Shown in pieces: positions 1 to 9,919 of a stretch of DNA of 64,000 bases. Position 1 is the stretch's first letter, and each line of letters starts with the position of its first letter. The position numbers and the translations under genes were made by a program. The DNA lies in NCBI GenBank assembly GCA_963754875.1, contig CAVWHO010000010.1:256001-320000 (forward strand). Reading direction: 5' to 3'. The notes beneath the pieces were generated by a model that was not told where the DNA came from, made no database searches, and worked only from the letters and a program-made list of their open reading frames with translations. The DNA is from Nitrospirota bacterium. GTDB taxonomy: Bacteria > Nitrospirota > UBA9217.

Positions 1-959
1 TACGCATCCGCATCGACCGCGACAAAGCGGCGAACCTGGGCGTCAGCGCAGCGTCCATCGGCGGTACGGTGAACACGATGATCGGCGGGGAGATCGTCGG
101 CAAGTACAAGGATGAAAAAGAAGGGGAGCGGTACGACATCGTTGCGCGCCTGATCCCTTCCGAACGGGACCGCCCGGACGACATTGAAACCCTCTGGGTC
201 CGTTCTTCGACGGGTGAACTGGTGCGGTTGCAGGACGTGTCGACGGCCAAGACCGGGGAAGGGCCGACAGTCATCATGCACTACAACCGTCAGCGGGCCG
301 CGACCCTTTACGCCGGCACGGACAAGACATTGCCCATGGGCCAGGCCATGAACGAGTTGAACGCCATTGTCAAGAAAAACGTGACGCCCGACATCTCCAC
401 GCGCTACGTGGGCATGGCCGACGCCATGCTGGACGCATTCAAGAACATCGCCTTCGCGCTTGTGATCGCCGTCATCATGGTCTACATGATCCTGGCGTCC
501 CAGTTCGAGAGCTTCGTCCATCCCTTTACGATCATGTTCTCGCTGCCTGTAAGTCTTATCGGCGCCATGGGCCTCCTGTTGCTCACCGGAGAGCGCGTCC
601 AGATCTTCAGCCTCATCGGTGTGATCATGCTCATGGGCCTGGTGACCAAGAACGCGATCCTCCTCATTGACTATACCATCACGCTCAGGAAGCGCGGGAT
701 GACCCGCGAGGAGGCCCTCTTGCAGGCAGGGCCGGTGCGACTCCGTCCTATCGTCATGACCACGGCTGCCATGGTCTTCGGCATGCTTCCTACGGCCTTG
801 AAGATCGGGGAAGGCGCCGAATCCAGAGCCCCCATGGCAATTGCCGTCATCGGCGGACTGATCACTTCTACGCTGCTCACCCTCGTGGTGATCCCAGTCG
901 TTTATACGCTCGTTGATGATTTGGAAAATTCCTTCCGGAAGAGAAAGGCGGCGTCATAA
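1..959 (+). CDS. RND efflux transporter permease (AcrB/AcrD/AcrF family), C-terminal part; 5' end outside window
   Basis: RND C-terminal motifs: LASQFESFVHPFTIMFSLP, GLVTKNAILLIDY, RLRPIVMTT, PMAIAVIGGLITSTLLTLVVIPVVY. Confidence 0.95.
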   Translation, partial: RIRIDRDKAANLGVSAASIGGTVNTMIGGEIVGKYKDEKEGERYDIVARLIPSERDRPDDIETLWVRSSTGELVRLQDVSTAKTGEGPTVIMHYNRQRAATLYAGTDKTLPMGQAMNELNAIVKKNVTPDISTRYVGMADAMLDAFKNIAFALVIAVIMVYMILASQFESFVHPFTIMFSLPVSLIGAMGLLLLTGERVQIFSLIGVIMLMGLVTKNAILLIDYTITLRKRGMTREEALLQAGPVRLRPIVMTTAAMVFGMLPTALKIGEGAESRAPMAIAVIGGLITSTLLTLVVIPVVYTLVDDLENSFRKRKAAS

Positions 960-981
960 GCGCTATTACGTGAATCTCACC

Positions 982-1800
982 ATGCTTAAACTTGGCCATA
1001 TCCTTTACTCAAACTGTTTCCCCCCCCATGCGGGAATTGTGCTGCAGAAGGTCGCTTTTCCCTTCAAACTGGTGGAAGGCATCCCTACGCAATTGAACCG
1101 GCTGCTTGCTGAAGGTACGATTGATGTGTCGCCGTCATCATCCATTGAGTACGCGGTTAACAGGGGGCGCTACCTACTGCTGCCTGATCTGTCAATCACC
1201 TCAAAAAATCACGTTATGAGCATTCTCCTGGAGAGCAAGGTCCCTATAGAAGAGCTGGGCAAGAAGGTTGTTGCGTTGACTACGGCGTCGGCCACATCGG
1301 TCGTACTGCTTCGCATTCTCCTGGAAATTCAGTACGGCGTGAACCCGGAATATCTGCTCTATGAGCAGGGCGTTGAAGACCCCTCAGAACGGATCGACGC
1401 AATGCTAACGATCGGTGACTTGGCAATTCAGAGGGCCGCTGCCTCAAGCTTTCCCCACTGCTATGATCTTGGGGAACTCTGGCACGCATTTACCGGCCTG
1501 CCCTTTGTATTTGCGCTCTGGCAGGTAAACGATCGAAAAAAAATACACAACGATCTTGCGCGGTTGTATGATATTATTATGGAGTCAAGAGCGTACGGGC
1601 TTGCCCACCTCCAGGAACTGGCCGAAAATAACTCGGCGCGGTTTAACATCCCGGCTGCGGTACTCTTAAAGTATTGGAATTTGTTCAGCTACAGTTTCGG
1701 CGAAGAGGAAAAAAAAGGGCTCCTGACCTATTACGGCTATGCAGCTGAAATTGGGGCAATCGAAGCCGTGACGGAACTACGTTTCTGGTCGCGGGACTGA
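982..1800 (+). CDS. mqnA: Chorismate dehydratase, futalosine menaquinone pathway (MqnA/MqnD family)
   Basis: N-terminal KLGHILYSNCFP, PTQLNRLL, SSIEY, SATSVVLLRIL, IGDLA, DLGELWHAFTGLPFVFALW; ATG at 982 preferred over the ORF start at 913. Confidence 0.85.
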   Translation: MLKLGHILYSNCFPPHAGIVLQKVAFPFKLVEGIPTQLNRLLAEGTIDVSPSSSIEYAVNRGRYLLLPDLSITSKNHVMSILLESKVPIEELGKKVVALTTASATSVVLLRILLEIQYGVNPEYLLYEQGVEDPSERIDAMLTIGDLAIQRAAASSFPHCYDLGELWHAFTGLPFVFALWQVNDRKKIHNDLARLYDIIMESRAYGLAHLQELAENNSARFNIPAAVLLKYWNLFSYSFGEEEKKGLLTYYGYAAEIGAIEAVTELRFWSRD

Positions 1801-1823
1801 ACAAAAAACTGGAGCAGACACTC

Positions 1824-2810
1824 ATGTCGGTCTCTCATATGCATTCGCAGTCACACGATCATGAGCACGGCGAGGGCCATGGCCATGCTCACGGCCACGA
1901 GAAACTCCGTGCGGCTGCAGGCGGCCAGCGGGATCTCTTGATCGCGTTATCGATCACGGTACTCATGATGATCGTCGAGGTGGTCGGCGGTCTCTTATCG
2001 AACAGTCTGGCACTGTTGTCCGATGCAGGTCATATGTTTACCGACAACCTCGCCTTGCTGCTTTCCTTTTTTGCAATGAAGTTCGCCACCCTGCCGGCGA
2101 CGGAAAAAAAGACCTTCGGTTTTTATCGTCTTGAGATTCTTGCCGCCTTGCTGAACGGCATTGTGCTCGTCCTTATATCGCTCTACATCATGTACCAAGC
2201 CTACTTGCGGATGGTTCACCCGCAGCCGGTGGAAGGACAGCTGATGCTGGTCATAGCGATCATCGGGCTGGTCGCGAACGTGGCTGGCGCTTTTTTCCTC
2301 TTCAAACACAGCCACGCCAGCCTGAATATCAGGGGAGCGTACCTGCATATCGTGGGAGACGCTCTTGCGTCGATCGGCGTCGTGATCGGCGGTGTCATCA
2401 TCATCTATTTCGGCTGGTACCTGATCGACCCGATCCTGAGCATCATCATATCCCTGATCATCATTTACGGGTCCTGGTCTCTGGTCAAGGAGTCGGTCAA
2501 TATTCTCCTGGAGTCGGTGCCGTCCCATATCGACATCGACACGGTAAGCGCCGAGATAGCGCAAGTGAAGGGCGTCCGTGAGGCATACCATATCCACATC
2601 TGGGCCATAACCTCCGGTGTTTATTCCATGAGCGCACACGTGCTGATCGACGACCAGCTGGTCAGCGGGTGCAGGAACATTATTGACGAAATCCGGGAAA
2701 TACTGTCGAAAAAATTCAACATCCGCCACAGCACCATCCAGCTTGAATGCGACCGGTGTGACATGAGCCCCGTGTGCAGTCTCCCGAATGATGTTCGGAA
2801 AGAACAATGA
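1824..2810 (+). CDS. Cation diffusion facilitator (CzcD/ZitB-like Zn/Co/Cd exporter) with His-rich N-terminus
   Basis: SLALLSDAGHMFTD, TFGFYRLEILAAL, NIRGAYLHIVGD, HIHIWAI, HSTIQLE. Confidence 0.93.
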   Translation: MSVSHMHSQSHDHEHGEGHGHAHGHEKLRAAAGGQRDLLIALSITVLMMIVEVVGGLLSNSLALLSDAGHMFTDNLALLLSFFAMKFATLPATEKKTFGFYRLEILAALLNGIVLVLISLYIMYQAYLRMVHPQPVEGQLMLVIAIIGLVANVAGAFFLFKHSHASLNIRGAYLHIVGDALASIGVVIGGVIIIYFGWYLIDPILSIIISLIIIYGSWSLVKESVNILLESVPSHIDIDTVSAEIAQVKGVREAYHIHIWAITSGVYSMSAHVLIDDQLVSGCRNIIDEIREILSKKFNIRHSTIQLECDRCDMSPVCSLPNDVRKEQ

Positions 2811-2840
2811 TGCAATTATTTGACTGGATCGAAAGGGACG

Positions 2841-3425
2841 ATGAAACACTTAGGGCGTAAGATCTTTCATCTTCTGGGCGGCTTGGGACTTTTGTCGCTC
2901 TATTTTATTTTCAGTAGGACCACGGCCTTTGCAGCCTATGGTGTGCTTATCGTAATCGTCCTCACGATCGAGATCATCCGGCTCAATTTCCCGGCCTTGA
3001 ACACTTATATCTATACCCGTTTAGGCGGTGTTATTCGCGCAAATGAAAAGCAGAAGATGAGCGGCACGGTGCCCTATATTCTCGGCGTCGGCTTGTCACT
3101 CTACGCCTATTCGACGCCGGTGGCCGCGGCTGCAATTTGTTTTCTCGCATTCGGCGATGTCGCTGCTACGACGATTGGTGAGCGCTACGGGAAGACCAAG
3201 ATCGGGAGCAAAAGTCTTGAAGGCACGGCTGCCTTCATAATTGCGTCGCTCGTTGTCGGCTTCTTTTTACCCGTCGTTGGACTGAAGCTTGCGTCATGGG
3301 TGATGGTCCTCGGCGCCCTTGCTGCAGCCTGTATCGAATTGCTCCCGCTTTCCCTGAACGATAATCTCATGATCCCTATCCTGTCCGGCGCGGTTATGGA
3401 ATTAGCCGCGACTTGGGCCCGCTGA
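2841..3425 (+). CDS. CTP-dependent polyprenol/phytol/diacylglycerol kinase family membrane protein (SEC59/VTE5/DGK1-like)
   Basis: RKIFH, LAFGDVAATTIG, KSLEGTAAF, NDNLMIP motifs; very hydrophobic. Confidence 0.8.
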   Translation: MKHLGRKIFHLLGGLGLLSLYFIFSRTTAFAAYGVLIVIVLTIEIIRLNFPALNTYIYTRLGGVIRANEKQKMSGTVPYILGVGLSLYAYSTPVAAAAICFLAFGDVAATTIGERYGKTKIGSKSLEGTAAFIIASLVVGFFLPVVGLKLASWVMVLGALAAACIELLPLSLNDNLMIPILSGAVMELAATWAR

Positions 3426-3495
3426 CCGGGTTTGAATCTGCTCCCGGTTATCGCACCGATGGCCGGCAGTACGTTGGGAGAAATAAGGTTTAGTT

Positions 3496-4794
3496 ATGCG
3501 TGTTCTTGCAGTCATATGCCTGCTGTTGATAAGTATGCTGTCTCCTGCCTTGGCCGGGACAACGCTCACGCTTCATGAATGCATCGACAATGCACTTGCC
3601 AACCATCCGTCCATCCGTGCTGCCCGGGAAGCCTGGAACGCGGGGCAGGGAAGAGTGTTACAAGCTGCGTCGCCCTATCTGCCCCAGGTTACCGCGAGCA
3701 CGGGGTACTCTGAAAATCGAGCGCTGGGAGGCGCCTTCGGCGAAACTATCACGAAGACCTATACAACCACGCTGTCCGTCAACCAAGTGTTATATGATTT
3801 CGGCAGAACAGGCAATGCCCTTGACTCAGCGCGATTCGGAACACAATCGGCTGAGATGGACGTTGACCGGGTTGTGCAGGAAGTGGTCCTGAATGTGAAA
3901 AAGACATATTTTGCCCTGCTTCAAGCTAAAAAACTGGTTAGTGTTGCCCAGAAGACGCTTGGGCAGACCGAAAGTCACTTAAAACAGGCCGAAGCTTTTT
4001 TTCGCGCCGGTTCCAAACCAAGGTTCGACGTGACCCGGGCCGAGGTTGACGTGAACAACGCGAGGCTCGGACTGATCAATGCGGACAATTCCGTACGATT
4101 GAATACGATAGCCCTCTACAACGCAATGGGCCTCGATCCGGCGCGTGACGTCGATATCGAAGACGTCCTTTCCCAGCCCGTAGCCTTCCCGTCGCTCGAC
4201 CAGGCCCAGACGCAGGCGCTGAAAAACAGACCGGAAATGTTGAAAACGGGATCTGACATCGATGCCGCACGGTCCCAAGTCAAGTCAGCACAAGCGAGTT
4301 ATCTCCCGACGCTTTCAGCCAATGGGGCCTACAGCTGGGCGCATGGGACCACGCAGCTCGGTTCCTTCAACGGGATTCCTCTCGAAGGCGATGTTCAGGA
4401 CAGTTGGAACGCCGGCGTAATGCTTTCGATGCCGCTCTTTGAAGGCGGGCTGACGAAGGGCCGCGTGAGCGAGGCACGAGCGAACGAACATTCGCTTGAA
4501 GCCCAGCGAGACACGCTAAGGCAAACCATCCTCCTCGAAGTCAACCAGGCTTATGCAGATCTGGAAAGCGGTACGGCCCGGATTGCCGTGATGGAGAGCT
4601 CTCTCAAAAGCGCACAGGAAAGCCTGGACCTGGCCGAGGGCAGATACCGGGCCGGCGTGGGCCCTTCTATCGAGGTGACTGACGCGCAAGTCGCCGCCGC
4701 GAAGGCAGAGACCGATTATGTGCAGGCCCTCTATGACTATCAGCTCGCGGCGGCGAGGCTTGCGAAGGCCATAGGAGCGGGATTGGAGCAGTAA
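3496..4794 (+). CDS. TolC family outer-membrane efflux protein
   Basis: Signal peptide; repeated OEP helices, YLPQV/YLPTL, LYDFG, RYRAGVG. Confidence 0.93.
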   Translation: MRVLAVICLLLISMLSPALAGTTLTLHECIDNALANHPSIRAAREAWNAGQGRVLQAASPYLPQVTASTGYSENRALGGAFGETITKTYTTTLSVNQVLYDFGRTGNALDSARFGTQSAEMDVDRVVQEVVLNVKKTYFALLQAKKLVSVAQKTLGQTESHLKQAEAFFRAGSKPRFDVTRAEVDVNNARLGLINADNSVRLNTIALYNAMGLDPARDVDIEDVLSQPVAFPSLDQAQTQALKNRPEMLKTGSDIDAARSQVKSAQASYLPTLSANGAYSWAHGTTQLGSFNGIPLEGDVQDSWNAGVMLSMPLFEGGLTKGRVSEARANEHSLEAQRDTLRQTILLEVNQAYADLESGTARIAVMESSLKSAQESLDLAEGRYRAGVGPSIEVTDAQVAAAKAETDYVQALYDYQLAAARLAKAIGAGLEQ

Positions 4795-4895
4795 TGCCGT
4801 ACTCAATTCAAAGTGAGAATTCGGAGTAGTCCATTCGGTTAAAAATCGCTTTTAAAAAATCTTTTCCGTCGTGGCCCCTTTCGTGAGGAGACTCT

Positions 4896-5354
4896 ATGCC
4901 AGTCAAAGAGGTTGTTTTTACCGTAAAGCTGCCTATCAAAAGCGTATGGTCATTCATGAACGATCGCCCCGAAGTGGGCTGTTTGTTCCCAGGCTGCTTA
5001 GGCGTCAAGATCCTGAACGAGCTTGATTCGGTCTGGACGATCAGAATGTCGCTGGGGCCCTTTACGCGGACCATCGAGATGTATGCTCACACGACGGAAA
5101 TGATTGAAAACCAAAGGCTGGCATGGACCGCAACGCATGAACACCTTATCACGTCGGGAGTCACCGCCTTCCGCAAGATAACAGAGGACGAAACCGAAGT
5201 AACGTACCACCTGGAGGGGCATATTACGGGACACTTCAGTTTTCTCCAGGAAATCGTTGTTGCAGAAAAATTGGGCGAGGTGACAAGGGCCTTCATGAAA
5301 AATATCAAAGAACGGCTTGAATACAGTGCTGACAAGGATCCGAAGGGATCATGA
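4896..5354 (+). CDS. CoxG/SRPBCC (START-fold) family protein
   Basis: VWSFMNDRPEVGCLFPGC resembles the CoxG N-terminus (VW.fl.dp..l..ciPG); GAGGAG RBS upstream. Confidence 0.7.
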   Translation: MPVKEVVFTVKLPIKSVWSFMNDRPEVGCLFPGCLGVKILNELDSVWTIRMSLGPFTRTIEMYAHTTEMIENQRLAWTATHEHLITSGVTAFRKITEDETEVTYHLEGHITGHFSFLQEIVVAEKLGEVTRAFMKNIKERLEYSADKDPKGS

Positions 5355-5355
5355 T

Positions 5356-6453
5356 ATGGCTATAGGGTCCGCGATTCTCAAAAGCAAAATAACCTGGGTT
5401 GTCGCAGCCATTGTTGTCGCGCTAGCAATCGCCGTGGTAGGCGGAAAAAAGCCGGTCATGGTCAGGATAGCTGAACTCAAACCGGGCGAACTCCGCGTCA
5501 TTGTGAACGCAACGACAACGTCCACCGTAAAATCGGAGACCGAGGTCGCTCTCTCGGCGCAACGGACAGGCAGGGTGGTCAAACTTCCGGTGAAGGAAGG
5601 GGACACGGTCAAAGCAGGAGCGCTGATCGCGCAGCTCGACCTTACCGAAGAATCGGTGCAGTCCGAAAGCGTGCTCGGTCAGAGCAAGGCTACGTACCAG
5701 GAAGCGGACAAAAATCTCAGGCGCATGCAGGACCTTTTCGACAAGGGCATGATCGCTCAACAGGACCTCGATGCCGTTAAGCGCGCCTACGAGGTCGCGA
5801 AGACCCAGTACGAGGCTGCCCAGGAAGACGACCGGGTAAAGAAGGACTATTCCGTTATCAGAGCGCCCTTCGACGGCGTGATTTCTAAGAAATACACCGA
5901 GGTAGGGGAGCTCTTAATGCCGGGAAAACAAATCGTTACGATCGTCAATCCCAACCTCATTTACGTTCTCGCAACGATCGACGAGGTTGACGTGGGCAGG
6001 CTCCGTATTGGCCAGCCGGTCACGATCACCGTGGATGCCTTTCCCGGAGAAAAATTTCAGGGGACCATTAAGCGTATTTCACCGATCGTGAGCGGCGGCA
6101 AACTAGAAACCCGCACTGCCGACGTATGGATATACTTCAACGAGAAACAGCCGAAGATCAAGCCGGGAATGTCGGCAGACGTAGAAATCCTCGTCGCGAC
6201 CCTGGAGAACGTGCTTTCCCTTCCTTCTCAGGCAGTCATCGAACGGGAAGGGAAAAAGCAAGTCTTTGTTGTCGATGGGAGCCCGCTCAAACCCGGCTCC
6301 CAAGCCACAGTAAAACTTCAGCCCGTTGAAATCGGCGAGACTAACTGGAGCTATACTCAGATAACCAGCGGTCTCAAGGCCGGTGATTACGTCATTACGA
6401 CGCCGGAAGCGGCGGGACTGAAAAACAGCGTCAAGGTGAAGGTGGAGCAATAA
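5356..6453 (+). CDS. Periplasmic adaptor (membrane fusion protein, MacA-like)
   Basis: N-terminal TM anchor, GRVVKLPVKEGDTVKAG, IRAPFDGVI, IKPGMSADVEI. Confidence 0.92.
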   Translation: MAIGSAILKSKITWVVAAIVVALAIAVVGGKKPVMVRIAELKPGELRVIVNATTTSTVKSETEVALSAQRTGRVVKLPVKEGDTVKAGALIAQLDLTEESVQSESVLGQSKATYQEADKNLRRMQDLFDKGMIAQQDLDAVKRAYEVAKTQYEAAQEDDRVKKDYSVIRAPFDGVISKKYTEVGELLMPGKQIVTIVNPNLIYVLATIDEVDVGRLRIGQPVTITVDAFPGEKFQGTIKRISPIVSGGKLETRTADVWIYFNEKQPKIKPGMSADVEILVATLENVLSLPSQAVIEREGKKQVFVVDGSPLKPGSQATVKLQPVEIGETNWSYTQITSGLKAGDYVITTPEAAGLKNSVKVKVEQ

Positions 6454-6456
6454 CGT

Positions 6457-6539
6457 AGTTCAGAGTACAAAGTTCAGAGTTCAGGGTTTTGAAGCCTTGC
6501 TCGTCTTGACTAAGAACTTTGAACTCTGGAACTTTGAAC
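6457..6539. repeat. Intergenic heptamer array with inverted copies (AGTTCAG-type ... CTTTGAA/CTCTGGA-type)
   Basis: agttcag agtacaa agttcag agttcag ggttttg, short spacer, then aactttg aactctg gaactttg aac. Confidence 0.75.
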
Positions 6540-6550
6540 GATTTTCCCTC

Positions 6551-7228
6551 ATGATCGACCTTTCCAACATCACAAAAACTTACCGTATGGGCGATTTGGA
6601 TATCACCGTCCTCGCCGGCATCTCCCTGAGCGTCAAGCCGGGTGAACTCATCGCAATCATGGGGCCGTCGGGCTCGGGGAAATCGACACTCATGAACATC
6701 GTCGGCTGCCTCGACAGACCAACAAGCGGGGTCTATCGTTTCGAAGATCGCGAGATCAGTACCTTATCCGATGATGAGCTTGCGTCAGTCCGCAACGTCA
6801 AAATCGGGTTTGTATTCCAAACTTTTAATCTGCTGCCGCGGTTCTCGGCCCTGAAAAACGTCGAGGTCCCGCTTATTTACAGCGGGGTGCCCGCCCGTGT
6901 ACGGAGAGAACGGGCTGTGCCGCTGCTCGAACAGGTTGGGCTCGCCGATCGCATGTATCACAAGCCCACGGAGCTTTCAGGCGGGCAGCAGCAGCGCGTC
7001 GCCATTGCCCGCGCGCTCGTGAATAACCCACCGCTCCTGCTCGCTGATGAACCTACGGGCAATCTGGACAGCCGTTCGGGAGAGGAAATCCTGAACATTC
7101 TGACGGGGCTCAATAAACGGGGAGTCACGATCATCATCGTCACCCACGACTCGAACGTGGCGGCCCGGTGCAAAAGGAACATTCATCTGAAAGACGGGCA
7201 GATCTTAGACGACCAGGTGATCTCATGA
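6551..7228 (+). CDS. ABC transporter ATP-binding protein (LolD/MacB-type)
   Basis: Walker [36 protein letters not shown]. Confidence 0.96.
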   Translation: MIDLSNITKTYRMGDLDITVLAGISLSVKPGELIAIMGPSGSGKSTLMNIVGCLDRPTSGVYRFEDREISTLSDDELASVRNVKIGFVFQTFNLLPRFSALKNVEVPLIYSGVPARVRRERAVPLLEQVGLADRMYHKPTELSGGQQQRVAIARALVNNPPLLLADEPTGNLDSRSGEEILNILTGLNKRGVTIIIVTHDSNVAARCKRNIHLKDGQILDDQVIS

Positions 7229-8433
7229 ATTTCCTCGAAACATTCCGGGTGTCCTTTGAAGCGATCCTGTCCAACAAGGTCCGCTCAGGCCTCACCATGC
7301 TTGGCGTCATCATCGGCGTCATGGCTGTGATCCTGCTGGTTTCCATCGGAGAGGGCGCACGGGTCTACATCACGAAGGAACTCACAGGCCTCGGTACGAA
7401 CCTCCTCATTATCACGCCGGGCAAGACGAGTGCCAGCGGCGGATTCCACCCGCCGTCGGCAGGCACGGTCCGCAAGTTGACCTACGACGATTCTCAGGCC
7501 CTCAGGCGCCGAGCCTGGCTGTTGACCGATGCAGTGCCGCTCGTGCTCGGGACCGGAAGGATCAAGTACACGAACCTCGGCCGCGATGTCATGATCATCG
7601 GCGTCACGCCCGAATTCCAGCGGGTGAGAAATCTTTTCGTCGATTCCGGAAGCTACGTGACCCAGGGCGACGTGGATTCCAAGTTCAAGGTCGTCGTGCT
7701 CGGGACAAAAGTAAAAGAAGAGCTCTTCGGGGACCAGAACGCGCTTGGCAAGGTCGTCATGCTTTCCGACGTCCGGTACCGCGTCATAGGCGTGATGCGG
7801 AAGAAGGGGACCAGCCTCGGCATGGACGTGGACGACGTCGTGTATGTACCGGTCACGAGCGGGCAAGAGCTGTTCGATACGGACGCACTGTTTGAGATCA
7901 TCGCCTCAACGCCCCGGGCCGAAGATACGGACCGAGCCATTGCCCAGATAAAGGACATCCTTATCAGACGCCATGCCCATAGAGAGGACTTTACGATCCA
8001 GACCCAGGGGGCCATGCTGGATACGATGAACACGATCCTGGGCGTCTTGACCGCGGTGCTCGGCGGCATTGCTGGTATCTCGCTATTGGTCGGCGGCATC
8101 GGCATCATGAACATCATGCTGGTCTCGGTGCGGGAACGGACGCGGGAGATCGGCATCCGTAAGGCCTTGGGCGCGCGGAACAGGGACATCATGGCGCAAT
8201 TCATGATCGAGGCCATGACCTTATCCGGAGCAGGCGGCGTGATCGGCATACTCATCGGCGTCGGCCTGGCGCTGCTCATCCCGATGTTCATCGATGTCCT
8301 GCCTACGAGCGTCTCGCTCTGGTCCATTGCGATGGCCTTCATTTTTTCCGGGGCGGTAGGAGTCTTTTTTGGCGTGTACCCCGCGCGCAAGGCGGCCTTG
8401 CAGGACCCGATACAGGCACTCAGATATGAGTGA
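7225..8433 (+). CDS. ABC transporter permease (MacB/FtsX-type)
   Basis: RSGLTMLGVIIGV, GGIGIMNIMLVSVRERTREIGIRKALGA, C-terminal DPIQALRYE; ATGA overlap with the ATPase gene. Confidence 0.96.
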   Translation: MNFLETFRVSFEAILSNKVRSGLTMLGVIIGVMAVILLVSIGEGARVYITKELTGLGTNLLIITPGKTSASGGFHPPSAGTVRKLTYDDSQALRRRAWLLTDAVPLVLGTGRIKYTNLGRDVMIIGVTPEFQRVRNLFVDSGSYVTQGDVDSKFKVVVLGTKVKEELFGDQNALGKVVMLSDVRYRVIGVMRKKGTSLGMDVDDVVYVPVTSGQELFDTDALFEIIASTPRAEDTDRAIAQIKDILIRRHAHREDFTIQTQGAMLDTMNTILGVLTAVLGGIAGISLLVGGIGIMNIMLVSVRERTREIGIRKALGARNRDIMAQFMIEAMTLSGAGGVIGILIGVGLALLIPMFIDVLPTSVSLWSIAMAFIFSGAVGVFFGVYPARKAALQDPIQALRYE

Positions 8434-8491
8434 TAAAGTTTATTGATTGAAGCACTCCTCAGCAAACCGCCGGCTAGCAAGTTTTTAACTC

Positions 8492-8515
8492 TCCCCTCTC
8501 TCTGATGGGAGGGGA
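8492..8515. repeat. GC-rich palindromic hairpin (REP-like or terminator)
   Basis: tcccctctc-tctgat-gggagggga downstream of the permease. Confidence 0.45.
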
Positions 8516-8624
8516 CCAAGGGGTCGGATCCAAGCTATGGGAAATTTCAAGCTAACAGGAAAAATAAAAAAAGCTGCAGCAAAGCGCTAATGTAGAGAAT
8601 GGTATAGATTCATGAGGTAAGGCA

Positions 8625-9726
8625 GTGAAAGAAACCAGGTATTCCATTTTTGATGACGGCAGAGTAGTTTTTCGTTACAACAACATTGGACGTGAAACCC
8701 CTTTCGAAGTTGAGATCCACTGTCCGCTCAAGAGCAGGATGCACGAAAAACACGACGAGATAATGGAGCAACACCGTCGATGGGCGCGCAGCTTTAAGAT
8801 CCCGCCGAGTGATGACAGTTATCAGCGATACTGTGATACCCGCCTTGACCTGCTTGCCTCATTTCAGCTCTACGATCTGCCGATCGAGGCAGCGGTCATT
8901 CACGGCCATCTCATGACGTGGTTTTTCGTTTTTGACGATATTATGGATATCGATCATGGACTGGAGGGTGAAGGCCGGACCTATACGTCCAAGTTATGCA
9001 AAAGACACCTGGAGATTCTCGGACGACGTTGGCCCGGATGACGGCGACCCTGGCGTCATTCACGCCTTTTACGATTTTCTGCAAAAAGTCAGGGTGCTCA
9101 GCGGCGAGCGATTTGCGTTCTGGTATGAACGCATGAAGCACCATCTCCGGGAGTACGTCCTCGGCGCATACTGGGAGAGCTTGATCGGCCCTACCACGGG
9201 CGTGAATACCAACACGGCGATGTATCTTCAGGTCAGGCACATGGCGGTTGGTGTCTCGCCCTGCCTTGATCTGATGGCAATGGCAGCAGGGATACCGGGA
9301 AGGCCGCTTGCAGACAACTTCTTTATCCAACGACTTGAGAGACTGGCGATCAACTACAGCATCTGGGTCAACGACCTCGCGGGTCTGGGACGCGATATGA
9401 AGCGTGGCCTCGGCAATGTCGTTTTTACGCTGCAGCGGGACCATGCACTGACGTTGGAGGAAGCGACCCGGATGCTGGCTCGACTGTGCGATGAGGAACT
9501 TAATGCGTTCCTGCAGGTCGAGAGTCAATTGCCGATGCTGCTCGGGAATGACTATGAGAAGGATAAAAAGATCTATGACGCGTATATCGATGTTCTGAAA
9601 CGATGGATGCGCGGGCTTCTGGACTGGTCTGCTCGGAGCGAGCGGTATCAGCGGCTGGATGTGAATATGGCACTGCAGGATCATGCCTCGATACGGCGCG
9701 CCTCACATAAATATTTCGCTGATTAG
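8625..9726 (+). CDS. Class I terpene synthase (terpene cyclase), split by a +1 frameshift near 9021
   Basis: ORF 8625-9041 carries WFFVFDDIMD (DDxxD). ORF 8932-9726 carries YLQVRHMAVG, WVNDLAGLGRD (NSE-like) and WSARSERY (WxxxxxRY). Deleting one G of GG at 9021-9022 fuses them (HLEIL-DDVGPDD). Confidence 0.82.
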
Positions 9727-9919
9727 CCTGCATCCTCCGTGGGATAGTACTATTTCCTTTTCACGGTGTTAGATTACAATAGGATTTTACCGTCTCTGAT
9801 CATAATGGCCTTGCAGTTTGAGCCGGCGCAAATGCCGGAGAACACCATCGAGAATGGGACAAGTGACCGGATTGGAGGCACTTGGGTAAATGTTACGGGA
9901 ACGAGGAATATGCCGACAC

